In this document: positions 51,780-64,000 of the stretch, in pieces
Layout: the number at the start of each line of letters is the position of its first letter
Numbering within the stretch: the stretch's first letter is position 1
The notes under the pieces: generated by a model
Told to the model about the DNA's origin: nothing
Seen by the model: only the letters and a program-made list of their open reading frames with translations
Database searches by the model: none
NCBI RefSeq assembly: GCF_006345805.1
Contig: NC_043003.1
Location: forward strand, 37,262,001 to 37,326,000
Length of the DNA: 64,000 bases
Direction: 5' to 3'
DNA from: Octopus sinensis
Taxonomy: Eukaryota
Made by a program: the position numbers and the translations under genes

Positions 51780-53459
51780 CGCTTCGCGTTTCCTTGTTAT
51801 CGAAGATGTTATCTTGGTTTCTTCATCGACACTGTTAATGATTTCATTTTTCATATGTTTGAGATGGATCGTTGGTTACAAAATTAAAACTGAATCTGTG
51901 AAGAATATCTTTGACTTGAAGTCTCTGTCGAGCTCTGCCTTGTCTATCTGATTCTTCTTTTTTTCCTCCAGTTTATTGATGTTGCGTGTTATTTTAGCAA
52001 CAGGTCTTTCTCCCTAAGTTTTTCTTTCATGTTTCCACGAACTGGTTGTTAGGTTGGATGTTTAATAAGGGAATATTATTTTTGATGGAGTCCTGAAAGA
52101 ATGTTATGCGTGATTTTTCTAGGCGGTGACTTCTATAAATACAAAATACAGGAAATGTATGGTATTCTGAGGCTCAGAACTTTTTGTTTTAGGAATCTCA
52201 GGTTACGGTTGTGAGAGTTGTCCAGGCACTGAGGGTTGCTCGCATTCGATTGGTAACGCCAAAATAGCAGGGTCTGAAACTTTGGACAAGATGCTGCCGA
52301 AAGAAGTGAAGGAAGAAACCTCCACAAGTTCACCATGGATAGTAGTTTGCGTGGCTTCGGCTTTGTTATCCGCATCATCTATGAGCCTGTGAAGGCAATA
52401 CCAACACCATTGAAAGCGGAGAGGGAAATATTTTAGCAAATGACATTAGTGAACAAACCGCCAGCTACTTTTTATGCCAGCCATGTTGATTTTGCCATGT
52501 TCCCCAAGCAGTCATGTATGTCAGCACCATCAGTTCTAAGAAACTTAACACTACTTTCTCCCCGATGTGTAACAGAAAATGGCTCTTTTTCTGATTCTAT
52601 TCCCAAAGTGCCACGCAGTGGGATTGAACCTGAAGTACGTCGTAACAAATCGAAACTCTTAACTAGACAAACTTTCTCAAACTCAGATGAGTACTGTAGA
52701 GTAAATTCATACTTCCTATTCGTCAGTTTTACAATTCGTTTTCAATGTTTATGAAGCAAGATGAATGTCACAACTTCCCTTTGTTCCTTCTCCCACACAC
52801 CACCCAGTGATGTAAGGTATCCAAATTCTGAAATAAATCAATTATTGCACCCTCTAGCTCTTCACCAACTCGACCACAGCCACCACCATTTCCTCCCACT
52901 GATACAGACACTCTTTACCGCCGACGGCGTAAATTTAATATAACCTACATTTCTTGCATGCAAATTTACCGAAATAATTTTGAATCTACTGATTATGGCT
53001 CGGAGCAAAGAAGATAAGCATGCAGTCGTCTTCCGGTTTGATATAGCAAAAATAAGTGTGTGTAGAAGAAAAGAAATTTCTGCATGACATTAAAAGTTTC
53101 ACGAATTATTTTCTCTTAATGACTTTTAAGGATCTTTTATTTTAAGATTTTTAAACACACACTCACACACACACACACATACACGCATTTAAACACAAGC
53201 ACTCAAACACACACATTTAAACACACACACATTTAAACAACGCACATACACATGTGTTTAAATGTGTGTATGTGCGTGTGTGATCGCACGCATGTCTGCT
53301 ATTTATGTTTTCGTAATGAAAAACACCAAAAAAAGCAATAATTTAAGAAAAACTTATTAGATGATCTAAAGTCAAATGTGCATTTATTTTTAAAGAAATC
53401 AACTGTGACATCGAAGTTCCGCCGAGACACTGGGTGATTTATGATATATTTCGGATGAA

Positions 53460-53890
53460 GGGTAACGAACTGGCGAAATCGTTAGCTACGTTGCGCAAAA
53501 TGCTTAGCGGCATTTCGTCCGTCCTTACGTTCTGAGTTCAAATTTCACCGAGGTCGACTTTCCCTTTTATCCTTTCGAAGTTGATAAAATAAATACTAGT
53601 TGAACAATGGTGAGGTGGATGGTTTTGTGGTATCTCTTCTGGTTATTTGTGTTCTGACAACAGCACCTATTCCGACATTAGTGCCAAACTGTATCGACCT
53701 TGATTTCTCTTGGACGTTACCAGTAGCATGTAGAGGGTAGACTTACATGCATAGACAATTCTACTTGCTTTCCGCAAAAAAGATTTTGTCTAGATTTGTG
53801 CCTTTGATAGAAGCTTCTCGGTGCAAAAACCCATGATCAACCAGAATTACCTCCAGAATTGCTGGCCTTGTACCAAAACTTGAAACCATT
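53460..53890 (+). mobile_element. SINE family B interrupted by a 233-bp repeat
   Basis: Head and Meta-like domain to 53610; tail resumes at ~53844. Confidence 0.8.
53611..53843 (+). repeat. 233-bp dispersed repeat, copy 1
   Basis: Ungapped match to 59451-59683 with identical endpoints TGAGGTGG...ATCAACCA. Confidence 0.9.
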
Positions 53891-54889
53891 ATGTATTTCG
53901 GGTGAGTAGTATTCTTTTCAATATATGTTTCTATGTCTTTTAGCTGAAAGAACTTAGTTGTTCGAAGTCATGACCATTATTTGAAAAACTGATGCAATAT
54001 CTTTTATATCAGCTGTTCCTTTCTAATTCATTGTTTATGATTACCAACACAAGTTATATGACATTAAAAAAAAGCTTCAATCATTGTTTTTATTTTCGTT
54101 TTTGTTGTTGCTTGTATTTTGTAACCTTTGGTCTGTTCAGATCGAGCCGACCTATGGTCAAAATTATTTTATCTGTCACCATTTCGTCTTTTATTTTTAC
54201 CCAGATACTGTGAACCACATGCTACATGTTCAAACTTGTCTACTTTGAAGACGGGAAGATGCGATTTGAAGAAATTTCCGTCCTTGTTTCTTGCAGGCTG
54301 AGCGATCCCGTCGAGATAAATGATATGTTAGACATATTACATTTTCCCAGAACTTAAAGACAGGCTATCTGACAGAAGAAATCTAGAACAAAAGACACAT
54401 AGATAAGAAGCAACAAAGATAAAAGTGTATTTTGTATTGTAAACTAAGAGAAATATATTTCCAGCGTTTCTCTTCCTTCGTGGAAATATACGGTGCTTGT
54501 GCAGCTTTGGTGTAACTAAACCAGATTATTCCAGTGACAATTTGGGTCTAAGTATAGCACATGTAAGTATTTTTATCCAGGGTTGTCGAAAGTCGAAGTA
54601 ACGATGGCAGCCCAACGATGCTTTTTCCCTGAAATTTCATAATTAAAGGGAATGGTTCTGCTGAATGGATACCAGCTGCCATCTGTTTTCCACAGAATCA
54701 CGAATTGTGGATTGAATAGGATTAGCTCCTCGTAAAAAGAGACCGATAGAATCGGTACTAAGCTTACAAAGAGTAAGTCTTACGGTCGAATTCTTCGATA
54801 AAACTCTTTAAGGCGATGCTCCTGCATGGCTACAGTCAAATGACTGAAACAAGTACAAGAATAAGAGAACATATGTACATATACATATG

Positions 54890-55232
54890 GTTATTTTGTC
54901 TTACTCCTTTCTGTTGAAGAGCGTAGGCTCGAAATGTAAAAGACTTTTCCACTTTCCCGAGCGTCAAACTGCTAGTTGTTCTCACCTGTCTTCGTCTTTT
55001 GTTTTTTTATAAATTTCAACTATATATATATATATATATAGGAGGGGAGAATTCTCAAAAAAACAAAAGATGAAGAGAGGTGGTGTAGACAACAGACAGG
55101 TATATTAGTATAACGCTCGGGAAGTGAAAAAGTCTTTAACGTTCCGAGCCTACGCTCTTCCACAGAAAGGAACACAGAAAGAAACAAGGAGAGAAAATAA
55201 AGAATGTGTAGTGGCTAGCGATCTATCATGGC
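54890..55232. mobile_element. Two PLE-like terminal repeats tail-to-tail around (TA)10
   Basis: 54890-55020 (+) and 55041-55232 (-), each with a CTGT(T/G)GA-AGAGCGTAGGCTC-G(A/G)AA motif. Confidence 0.7.
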
Positions 55233-55254
55233 GAGAAAAAAATATATATATATC

Positions 55255-55668
55255 CTTTTATTCTTTTATTTACTTCAGTCATTTGACTGCGACCATGCTG
55301 GAGTACCGCCTTTAGTCGAACAAATCGACCCCAGGACTTATTCTTTGTAAGCCTAGTACTTACTCTATCTCTCTTTGCCGAACTTTTTCCAACGCAAAGT
55401 TACGTGGGACATTAACATTCACCATGTTTCAAGCGACGGTGGCGGGACAAACAACAAACAATATACAACACCCACACACACACGCACACACACATTATAT
55501 ATATATAAACACGGCGAGCTTCTTTCAGTTTCCGTCTATTAAATCCACTCACAAGGCTTTGGTCGGCCCTAGGCTATAGTAGAAGACACTTGTGCCACGT
55601 AGTGGGGCTGAGCCCAGAACCATGTGGTTGGTAAGCAAGCTACTTACCAAACAGCCACTCCTGCGCCT
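55255..55668 (-). mobile_element. SINE family A
   Basis: Consensus match. Confidence 0.9.
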
Positions 55669-56997
55669 ATTTTGTGAATTAGGACCAGGAGCACAAATAA
55701 CTGGAAACTTGGGTCCCACCCACGATATTTCGTGCTAGACTTGGCAATCCTCAGTTCTGAAAACTGAAACAGACGTACAGAGAACCCAGCACAAAATATT
55801 AAATTTTCCAGCCAGTTCTGGTGTCGGCTTATCAGATGATTTATACTTTATCGCTTTATCATCGGTATTGAGTACTTACTTTCATTGATTGCTACAAAGG
55901 CGTATGTGAGCTTACGCGTGTGAGTAGCCTATTTAAGTTGCTCTAATGATATACGACGCTGGATTTTCCCAAGTGAGTTGTCGGTTCTTAATACATGAAT
56001 TGACTGGTTCCAGTTTAATACGGCATGAAACTCCATAAGAACAAGCCATTGAGTAAGTCTAAACACACTATAACATATTATCACTACAACGGTACTGAAA
56101 TATATAGATCGTTGAATGCCCTGGTCATCCATCCATTTATCTATCTACCTATCTATCTAGCTAGTTAGCTATCTATCTCTTTATTTATCTGTGTACATAC
56201 ATACATACGTACATACATACATACATACATACATACATACATACATACATACATACATACATACATACATACAGACATAGGTTTTGTTAGTAAATACTTA
56301 AAGGATAATATGGATAAACTGGGATTTTCAGCAAGAGAAATCGACCGGCTAATTCGTACATTATAAGTGCAATCTGTGAGTGGAACAGAAAAAAAATGCA
56401 AAACTTTTCTCAAGTTCCAAATGTGAATTTGTCTGTGTTAACTACATCGTAAAGATGGAACCTTGTATCTTTGTTGGAAACCGGATCCCTCCTCAGTGGA
56501 GGATTTATGATAATTAAAAAATAGAAGATACATACATACATACATACATACATACATACATACATACATACATACATACATACGTACGTACGTACGTACA
56601 TACGCAAGAGCGTTAGACAGGATGCGTTGCGATATCTGGTTATTTACGCTCTCAGTTTAAATTCCACTTAGATGTTGATGGCCAGAGGTAACAACCCTAT
56701 CACGGGAGCATCCCGCCCAACCTGCAACTGGCCGGCGCGGAAAGGTAGTGTTAAGACCAGCACGAGTTCTGAGGCTCCATTAGGCTTTGGATAAAAAACG
56801 ACTGGCAGAGATCTCAGATCATCTCACCCAAAATAGATAATACAGTGTATGGTCAGTGTATAATACAGTGTATGGTCAAAGAGGTGGGGAACATGGCAAT
56901 ATTTACGAGTGTTTAGTTAGCATGAAATAGAGCGTTCTACATTTGGATAATTTGTTGCTGTAGTTGTTGTTGCTACTTTGTTTGTTTGTTTGTTTGT

Positions 56998-57388
56998 TGA
57001 GGGAAGCGGTCTTCGTCCCAGAGCAGGCAAGATCGCGCCTCAGGATTGTCTGTAGTGGGAGAAGTCCGAAACCTGGTCCTTTGCTATTCGTAAGACCCGC
57101 AGAAGAGAAAGCAGGTCAACCCCCGACACCGAGAGCATCGACGAATGAATGAATGCGCATCCAGGCTCAGCGGTTGCGTAGGAGGTCGGGGACAAGAAAC
57201 AGGAAGAAAGAGTGAGAGAAAGTTGTAGCGAAAGAGTACAACAGGTGTCGCCACCACCCCCTGCCGGAGCCTCGTGGAGCATTAGGTGTTTTCGCTCAAT
57301 AAACACACACAACGCCCGGTCTGGGAATCGAAACCGCGATCCTCCGACCGCGAGTCCGCTGCCCTAACCACTGTGCCATTGCGCCTCC
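56998..57388 (-). mobile_element. SINE family C, tail type 4 ending in (AAAC)n
   Basis: Head GGAGGCGCAATGGCACAGTGGTTAGG; distinct 3' region. Confidence 0.85.
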
Positions 57389-57919
57389 TGTTGCTGCTGT
57401 TGTTATTGCTGTAGTTATTGCTGTTGTCGATGTTGTTGTTGTTGTTGTTGCTGTTGCTACTGCTGCTATTGAAAACGGTCGGATGTGATTTGAGGGACAC
57501 TTTGCCGTTATTTCTAGCCTGTCTAGCGGCCCAAGTAGAGCATTTCCTAACTGACTCCTCTTCTCTTGATTGGTATAGCAGTGAGGAGAGAGAGAAAGTA
57601 GCTTTACCATTCTGAACCGTTGAATTTTCTTGCACACACTCTATGCATTCTATACTTTCCTAACGCCCTGGTGGTTTATGTGATACATAAGAACTCAATT
57701 CCTAAGTTATATTAATTTGATGTTCCCTAAGTCATTAATATAACAGTGTTTCGAGATATTATAGGCGTTATGGATTATAGCTCACAAGTTAACTAAACTG
57801 ATAAATTAGGCAAATTGCATGAGTTAGGTTAGTTAAATACGACGGTAGATGGATAATGGCATTTCAAAGAAAATTTATAGCCTGATAATTTTCAGAAGTA
57901 TAGAACTTCGAATTTTACC

Positions 57920-58144
57920 TTGCATCTTTTACTTATTTGAGTCATTGGACTTTGGCCATTCTGGGGCACAGCCTTGAGAGGGTTTAGCCGAACGAATCTA
58001 CCACAGTACTTATTTTACATCTGGCACTTGGTCTATTGGTCTCTTTTGTCGTATAGCTTCGTTACGGGTGTGTAAGCCAACCAACATTGTTTATTAAGCA
58101 GTGAAGAGTGAGAAACACAAATACACACATATGTGTATATGCGT

Positions 58145-58179
<35 letters not shown>

Positions 58180-58341
58180 TATGCGACGGGCTTCCACAGT
58201 TTCCATCTACCAAATTCACTCATAAGCTCGACTCGGTGGTATTATAGAAGACACTTACCCAAGGTGCCATGCAGTGGGACTGAACCCGAAACCACGTGGT
58301 TGCTAAGGGACCTTCTTAACCACACAGCCATGCCTGTGCCT
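57920..58341 (-). mobile_element. SINE family A, diverged
   Basis: Consensus match. Confidence 0.8.
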
Positions 58342-58489
58342 ATATTGAGTCAAAACTCAACGGGGCGGCAATAAACTGAAACCACACTCTCTTGATATTT
58401 TAATACTACCCGCAAATCTGTATTTTACTGTTTATAGACAAAAGTAAGGCGTCGGCAGGAGTTGTTCCAGCTATGTCATTGTATTTCAG

Positions 58490-58708
58490 ACTCTTTACTC
58501 CTTTTACTCTTTTACTTGTTCCAGTCATTTGACTGCGGCCATGCTGGAGCACTGCCTTTAGTCGAGCAAATCGACCCCAGGACTTATTCTTTGTAAGCCT
58601 AGTACTTATTCTATGGGTCTCTTTTGCTGAACCACTAAGTTACGGAGACGTAAATACACCAGCATCGGCTGTCAAGCGATGTTGGGGGAGGGGACAAACA
58701 CAGACACA

Positions 58709-58780
<72 letters not shown>

Positions 58781-58932
58781 TACGACGGGCTTCTTTCAGT
58801 TTCCGTCTACCAAGTCCACTCACAAGGCTTTGGTCGGCCCGAGGCTATAGTAGAAGACACTTGCCCAAGGTGCCACGCAGTGGGACTGAACCCGAAACCA
58901 TGTGGTTGAGAAGCAAGCTACTCACTACACAG
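58490..58932 (-). mobile_element. SINE family A, young
   Basis: Near-consensus sequence. Confidence 0.92.
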
Positions 58933-59450
58933 ACAGATGCAGATCTGTTGTCTGTATATATAACATCATTAAGGATAGAAAAAGCGGGGGGTCAGTCGGA
59001 CTAGTTTTAATCTTGTGTTGGATTTTCATTAGCAACTGAACACTCTTTTGAACTATGCACATAAATACTAATTACAAACCCACGGTCACTGAAAACCTAA
59101 TTAAACTGTCTGTATTGGTCACGATTGTAATGGATATGGTGGTGGTGGTGTGGTGGTGGTGGTGGTGGTGGCGGTGGAGGCGGTCATCATCGTCGTCGTC
59201 ATCGTCGTGTTTAGCTGCAATTCATCTCCAATGAAGCAGACCTATAGGTGAAAAGGCATCTCATACATTTTGGGGAGTTTTTCCGGTTTTGAAATAACGA
59301 GTATCCAGCATTACATCATCCAGTGTGTCCTTTATAAGACAATAAAGTGTGCTTCGTAGTATTTGCTCCGAATTTCTGTGCTCCCACCGAAATCAACTTT
59401 TAAAATGTATCAATACATGTGGGTGAACTAGCCCAACTTTTAGAGCTCCA

Positions 59451-59683
59451 TGAGGTGGATGGTTTTGTGGTATTTCTTCTGGTTATTTGCGTTCTGGCAA
59501 CAGCACCTATTCCAACATCGGTGCCAACCAGCATCGACATTGCTTTCTCTTGGACGTTACCAGTAGCATGTAGAGGGTAGACTTACATGCATAGACAATT
59601 CTACTTGCTTTCCGCAAAAAAGACCTTGTCTAGATTTGTGCCTTTGATAGAAGCTTCCCGGTGCAAAAACCCATGATCAACCA
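59451..59683 (+). repeat. 233-bp dispersed repeat, copy 2
   Basis: Matches 53611-53843. Confidence 0.9.
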
Positions 59684-60474
59684 TGACTAAAGGAGGTCCT
59701 ATATGCAAAGCCTAAAATGTAATAGCTACCACTGAAAGAGAAGATGTGAACAAGAATCGTACGGAAATATATTTATCTTGGGATCAAAGTTTATTGTCAA
59801 AGACAAACATAATTATCATTATATATTGATTGGTGAATTAAATTTTCTTCATGTATGTGTGCTGTATGTATGTGTTGAGTGTCTGTGTGTATTTATATGT
59901 ATAAGAGAATGGTTGTCTGTGTGTGTATGTGACTGGGTGTGTGTGCGTGTGTATGTCTGGGTGAGTTCTTTAGATGTATGGCATGTGTGTGCATGGTTAT
60001 GTGTATTCAGATGTGTGAGTCTGCGTTTAATTATGTGTGCGTGTGTCTCGGTGTATGTGTGTGTCTGAACATGTTTGTGTGTCTAGATGTGCATGTAGTG
60101 CATGTATTTGTGTGTGTGTGTGTATCTGGATATGTGTGTGGCAGTAAGAGAAAGTATTTTCTGTATGTTTGTGTGTCTAGATGTATGTATTTGTGTGCGC
60201 GTAATTGCGAAAGAGTATGAAGTGTTTATGGATGTGTGCGTGTGACTGATACAGTGTGGACGCGCGTATGTGTGTACGTATGTATGAGTGACTGAGAGAG
60301 AGAGTGTGTGAGTGAGTGTGTTTTAAGGTTGTCGCCGTCGGATTTGTAGTTTAACGTTCTGACGCTCTTCTAAATTAAATGTAGTTATCCCTCGATTTAT
60401 ACGGTACACTGGTTCCACAAATCATTGTGCATATTGAAATCGCGTAAAACGACGGAGTTACGTTTTGAACATAG

Positions 60475-61083
60475 CGGCAGACGAAATACCTATTTCTTTA
60501 CTACCTTCAAGGGGCTAAACACAGAGGGGACAAACAAGGACAGACACGCGGATTAAGCCGATTACTCGACCCCAATGCGTAACTGGTACTTATTTAATCG
60601 ACCCCGAAAGGATGAAAGGCAAAGTCGACCTCGGCGGAATTTGAACTCAGAACGTAACGGCAGACGAAATACCTATTTCTTTATTACCCACAAGGGGCTA
60701 AACACAGAGGGGACAAACAATGACAGACATAGGTATTAAGTCGATTACATCGACCCCAGTGCGTAACTAGTACTTAATTTATCGACCCCGAAAGGATGAA
60801 AGTCGACCTCGGCGGAATTTGAACTCACAACATAACGCAGACGAAATACCTATTTCTTTATTACCCACAAGGGGCTAAACACAGAGGGGACAAACAAGGA
60901 CAGACACGCGGATTAAGCCGATTACATCGACCCCAGTGCGTAACTGGTACTTATTTAATCGACCCCGAAAGGATGAAAGGCAAAGTCGACCTCGGCGGAA
61001 TTTGAACTCAGAACGTAACGGCAGACGAAATACCGCTAAGCATTTCGCCCGGCGTGCTTAACGATTCGGCAAGTTCGTCGCCG
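60475..61083 (-). mobile_element. SINE family B with three tandem ~180-bp units
   Basis: CAGACGAAATACC recurs at 60478, 60661, 60838 and 61022; head at ~61083. Confidence 0.92.
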
Positions 61084-61324
61084 TCGCTGACTTAATATAT
61101 TGTCTTTCCAGAGGAATCTACTTCTTTGACATTTGAGACTCTATTATACAATCTTGTAAATATTTAACAAAATATTTTCTTAAACATAATTCTTACTGCT
61201 AACGTCAGCATTTCTTTAGAGTGTGGTTTGCCTAATCGTCGAAGAAATGAAATGAAAACAAAATTAAAGGAAAACAAATAAAATGTAAGATGGAAACAAA
61301 ACGGTGTTTCTTTATACGTTTGTT

Positions 61325-61591
61325 TTATTTCTTTGAGTTAATTTGGTCATTGGACTGCGGCCATGCTGGGGCATCATCTTCAATGGTTTAAGTTGAATAA
61401 ATCGATCCCAGTGTTTTTTTTTTGTTTTTGTTTTTGTTTTTTTTCAATACTGTACTTATTCTGTCGTTTTCTTTTGCCGAACGTCTAGATTACGGGAATG
61501 CAAACAAACCAACACTAGTGCATGCACATAGGCACACACATATACATATATACACACACACACGTGTCTATATATGTATATTCACACACAC

Positions 61592-61654
<63 letters not shown>

Positions 61655-61805
61655 ACGGCTTCTTTTAGTTTCCATCTAACACTTCAAATTCACTTACAAG
61701 GCTTTGGTCGGGCGCCCGAGGCTGTAGTAGAAGACAACTGCCCGAGGCGCCACGCTGTGGGACTGAACCTGGAACCAAATTTGTTACCATTCAGCCATAC
61801 CTGCT
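61325..61805 (-). mobile_element. SINE family A, diverged
   Basis: Consensus match. Confidence 0.8.
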
Positions 61806-63125
61806 GCTTTAGGAAAAAATATCAACTAAAAATATCAACTAAAACTATGAAGTGAAACCGTACAAACCGAGTATCGCGTAAATCGAGGTTCAACTGCACA
61901 TTTCTTCCTAAGATTCGTGTTAAATTTCTTTCTGATAACTGTTAAACTTATTTTCGAACTTTTCTTAATTTTATGGTAAACAGTCATAGCAAAACCTTGT
62001 ATGTGGTTTCCTTCGAATTGGAGAATTTCTCATGATTCCCTTGTGTCAATTGTGCTATCGATACAATGGGAAAATCAGTAGGAAAAGGCAGGATTAAAGT
62101 CACATACTGGTTGGAAATTAAGAGCAATTGGCACCATTCTTAGAAAATAATTTAACACTTTTTCTTCGTTGTACAACTACATTCTACTTCATGATCACGT
62201 GTTTGATAAACTAATCTAAGAATTGAAAGGATATACAACTTTTTAGATTAAACCGAGCGAGCACAACTGTATTGAACAGCATTAAACCAATTTAGTGCCG
62301 AGTTGGAATCAGAGTATAATTCACAGTAGCGATGGTTACGTGGACTGGAATGAACGACAAGACAAGGTTTTAACAGAACAGAACATAGATTAGTTATTGA
62401 ACTGTTCGAATAATAACGGATTGGAAGAGTTCTGTATATACAAGAGATCTTACTTGTTAAGTTGGAATATAGCTTGAATAGATGTGAAACTTAAAACGCT
62501 TTCTTAGCTTCCGTGTGGAATTAATATATTTGAAGAGAATTGCAACTTGGACTTTTGTGAGTTTACAGTTACGTCGAATTGTACGGCTGATGTAATGCAA
62601 GGAAAAGCCGCCTGGGAACTATGGCAAAGAAATAGTGAGATCAAGCTATATTTGATCTATGATATATTATAGAATAAAGCTACAGATTTGAGCTAGCACC
62701 ACATATGAAAATTAATTAAATCTAATTAAATACGCTGGAGAGTCGTAAGCTATTGCGATTTTGTTTGGGTTTTTTTATTTACTTATTTATTTTGTTTAAT
62801 CAATCCTGGCGTGAACGGAAAAAAGATCTAATTAATTAGTTTCAATCGGTATTGTGATTTCTTCCGTAGTTAACTATTCTCCCCTATCTTTCTGTGGCAC
62901 CATTTATAACCACTATCATTTGTGACTTCATTAATTTATTACTATACAACACAAGTTTTTTTGTCAGTGAACAGATCGCAGTTTCGAGCAACAAAAATGA
63001 ACGTTCAAATGAACTTAAGGGGTTTTGTTTCTGAATGGTTAATTTGTATCTTCATGAAGCAATCGCTTTTCTTTCAGGACACGATCTCAGATCAAAGCAC
63101 ATGCTATGCAAGTACATCTGCGTGA

Positions 63126-63397
63126 AGGCAGCGAGCTGGCAGAAACGTTAGCACGCCGGGCGAAATGCCCAGCGGTATTTCGTCGGCCGGTACGTTCTGG
63201 GTTCAAATTCCACCGAGGTCGACTTTGCCTTTCATCCTTTCGGGGTCGATTAAATAAGTACTAGTTACGCACTGGGGTCGATATAATCGACTTAATCCGT
63301 TTGTCTGTCCTTGTTTGTCCCCTCTGTGTTTAGCCCCTTGAGAGTAGTAAAGAAATAGGTATTTCGTCTGCCGTTACGTTCAGAGTTCAAATTCCGG
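63126..63397 (+). mobile_element. SINE family B, one unit plus the start of a second
   Basis: Head AGGCAGCGAGCTGGCAGAAACGTTAGC; junction AAGAAATAGGTATTTCGTCTG. Confidence 0.9.
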
Positions 63398-63639
63398 CGA
63401 TTCCAAAACGCTAGCAGGAATCTCCTAAAATACAAGTATGGCGCGAAAATTATTTCTGTTCTGGAGTTAAGTATGGCCCCCACAATGGCAGGCCTAACAG
63501 CCCCTATAGTAGCAGCAGTAACAGATCCAGCGCCAGCATCAGCTATAACAGCAACAACACTAATGGCAGCGGCCCTAGCAGAAGCGCCGGAATAAATACA
63601 TAAATAGCTCCTTCTTTAGCTTCTATACACAAGATGTCC

Positions 63640-63930
63640 TTTATACCCATGTCTGTTCTGCTCTGATTGAGAAGACATGTGATCGAAAGTTTTGCAGCCG
63701 TGAACATCTCGTCTATCATTAAAGCCTAGATTATACAACCTTTCCTTCGATCTTCGAGTTATAGAAAATTTGGCTGCTATTTCTAGTAGGTCGAGGAGCC
63801 GCATTGTTGCTTCTAGGTCGTTTGGTGTCGCATGATGTTATTTTTTTAGCCCCGGGTAAACTCTGGTCGAACAGATTTATGATCAAAGCTTCCTGGCCAT
63901 GATCGTTCTTTCTGTTTTTTCTAGAATACA
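63640..63930 (+). mobile_element. Fragments of another abundant dispersed repeat (family E; also near 4790, 9520, 12020, 54120, 59205)
   Basis: Recurrent TTTAGCCCC.GGT..CTG.TCGA.CAGA..TATGATCAAAG and ATTTGGCTGCTATTTCTAG motifs. Confidence 0.5.
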
Positions 63931-64000
63931 TTATTCAACGAAAATATTAATCAACATATACCCTTGTTAAACGAATATAAACAGTAAAAAACACAAACTT

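Noticed and set aside
51780-52590. pogo/Tigger-like transposase remnant (minus strand, NISLSAFNGVGI)
   Set aside because: Only faint motif similarity and many stops; needs a frameshift-aware search
56998-57200. HDV-like ribozyme in the SINE tail
   Set aside because: Could not build P1/P2/P3 pairings
53611-59683. LTR retrotransposon bounded by the two 233-bp repeats
   Set aside because: No PBS/PPT, gag-pol or TSD; the interior is ordinary SINEs and microsatellites
60475-61083. CRISPR-like array
   Set aside because: Contiguous ~180-bp SINE units with no unique spacers, in a eukaryotic context with no cas genes
62050-62640. IS630/Tc1-like DDE remnant (KGYTTFRL..VLNSIKPI*)
   Set aside because: Single degenerate motif, no TIRs found

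Overview
AT-rich (by eye), repeat-saturated eukaryotic non-coding DNA. The SINE complement (tRNA-derived families, a Meta-domain family) and the microsatellite density point to a coleoid cephalopod, probably Octopus; this is inferred from family recognition, not from a search. I found no credible host protein-coding exon, and most ORF-track entries are microsatellite translations. The window holds: (1) about 30 SINE copies of four families; (2) a degraded Penelope-like element (PLE) RT + GIY-YIG ORF at ~27.7-29.7 kb, plus many short (TA)n-anchored PLE terminal-repeat fragments that form fold-back palindromes and carry minimal type-I hammerhead ribozyme motifs, some with non-canonical cores (U3:A8, A6U); (3) two homologous L1/Tx1-type ORF1-only (HAL1-like) retroelements, one with a 16-bp TSD inside a SINE, the other sharing its 3' tail with a tandemly amplified SINE unit; (4) Tx1 ORF2, CR1/L2-type and mariner remnants, two non-autonomous Helitrons and several MITE-like elements. 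All alignments and folds were done by eye, so coordinates may be off by a few bases.
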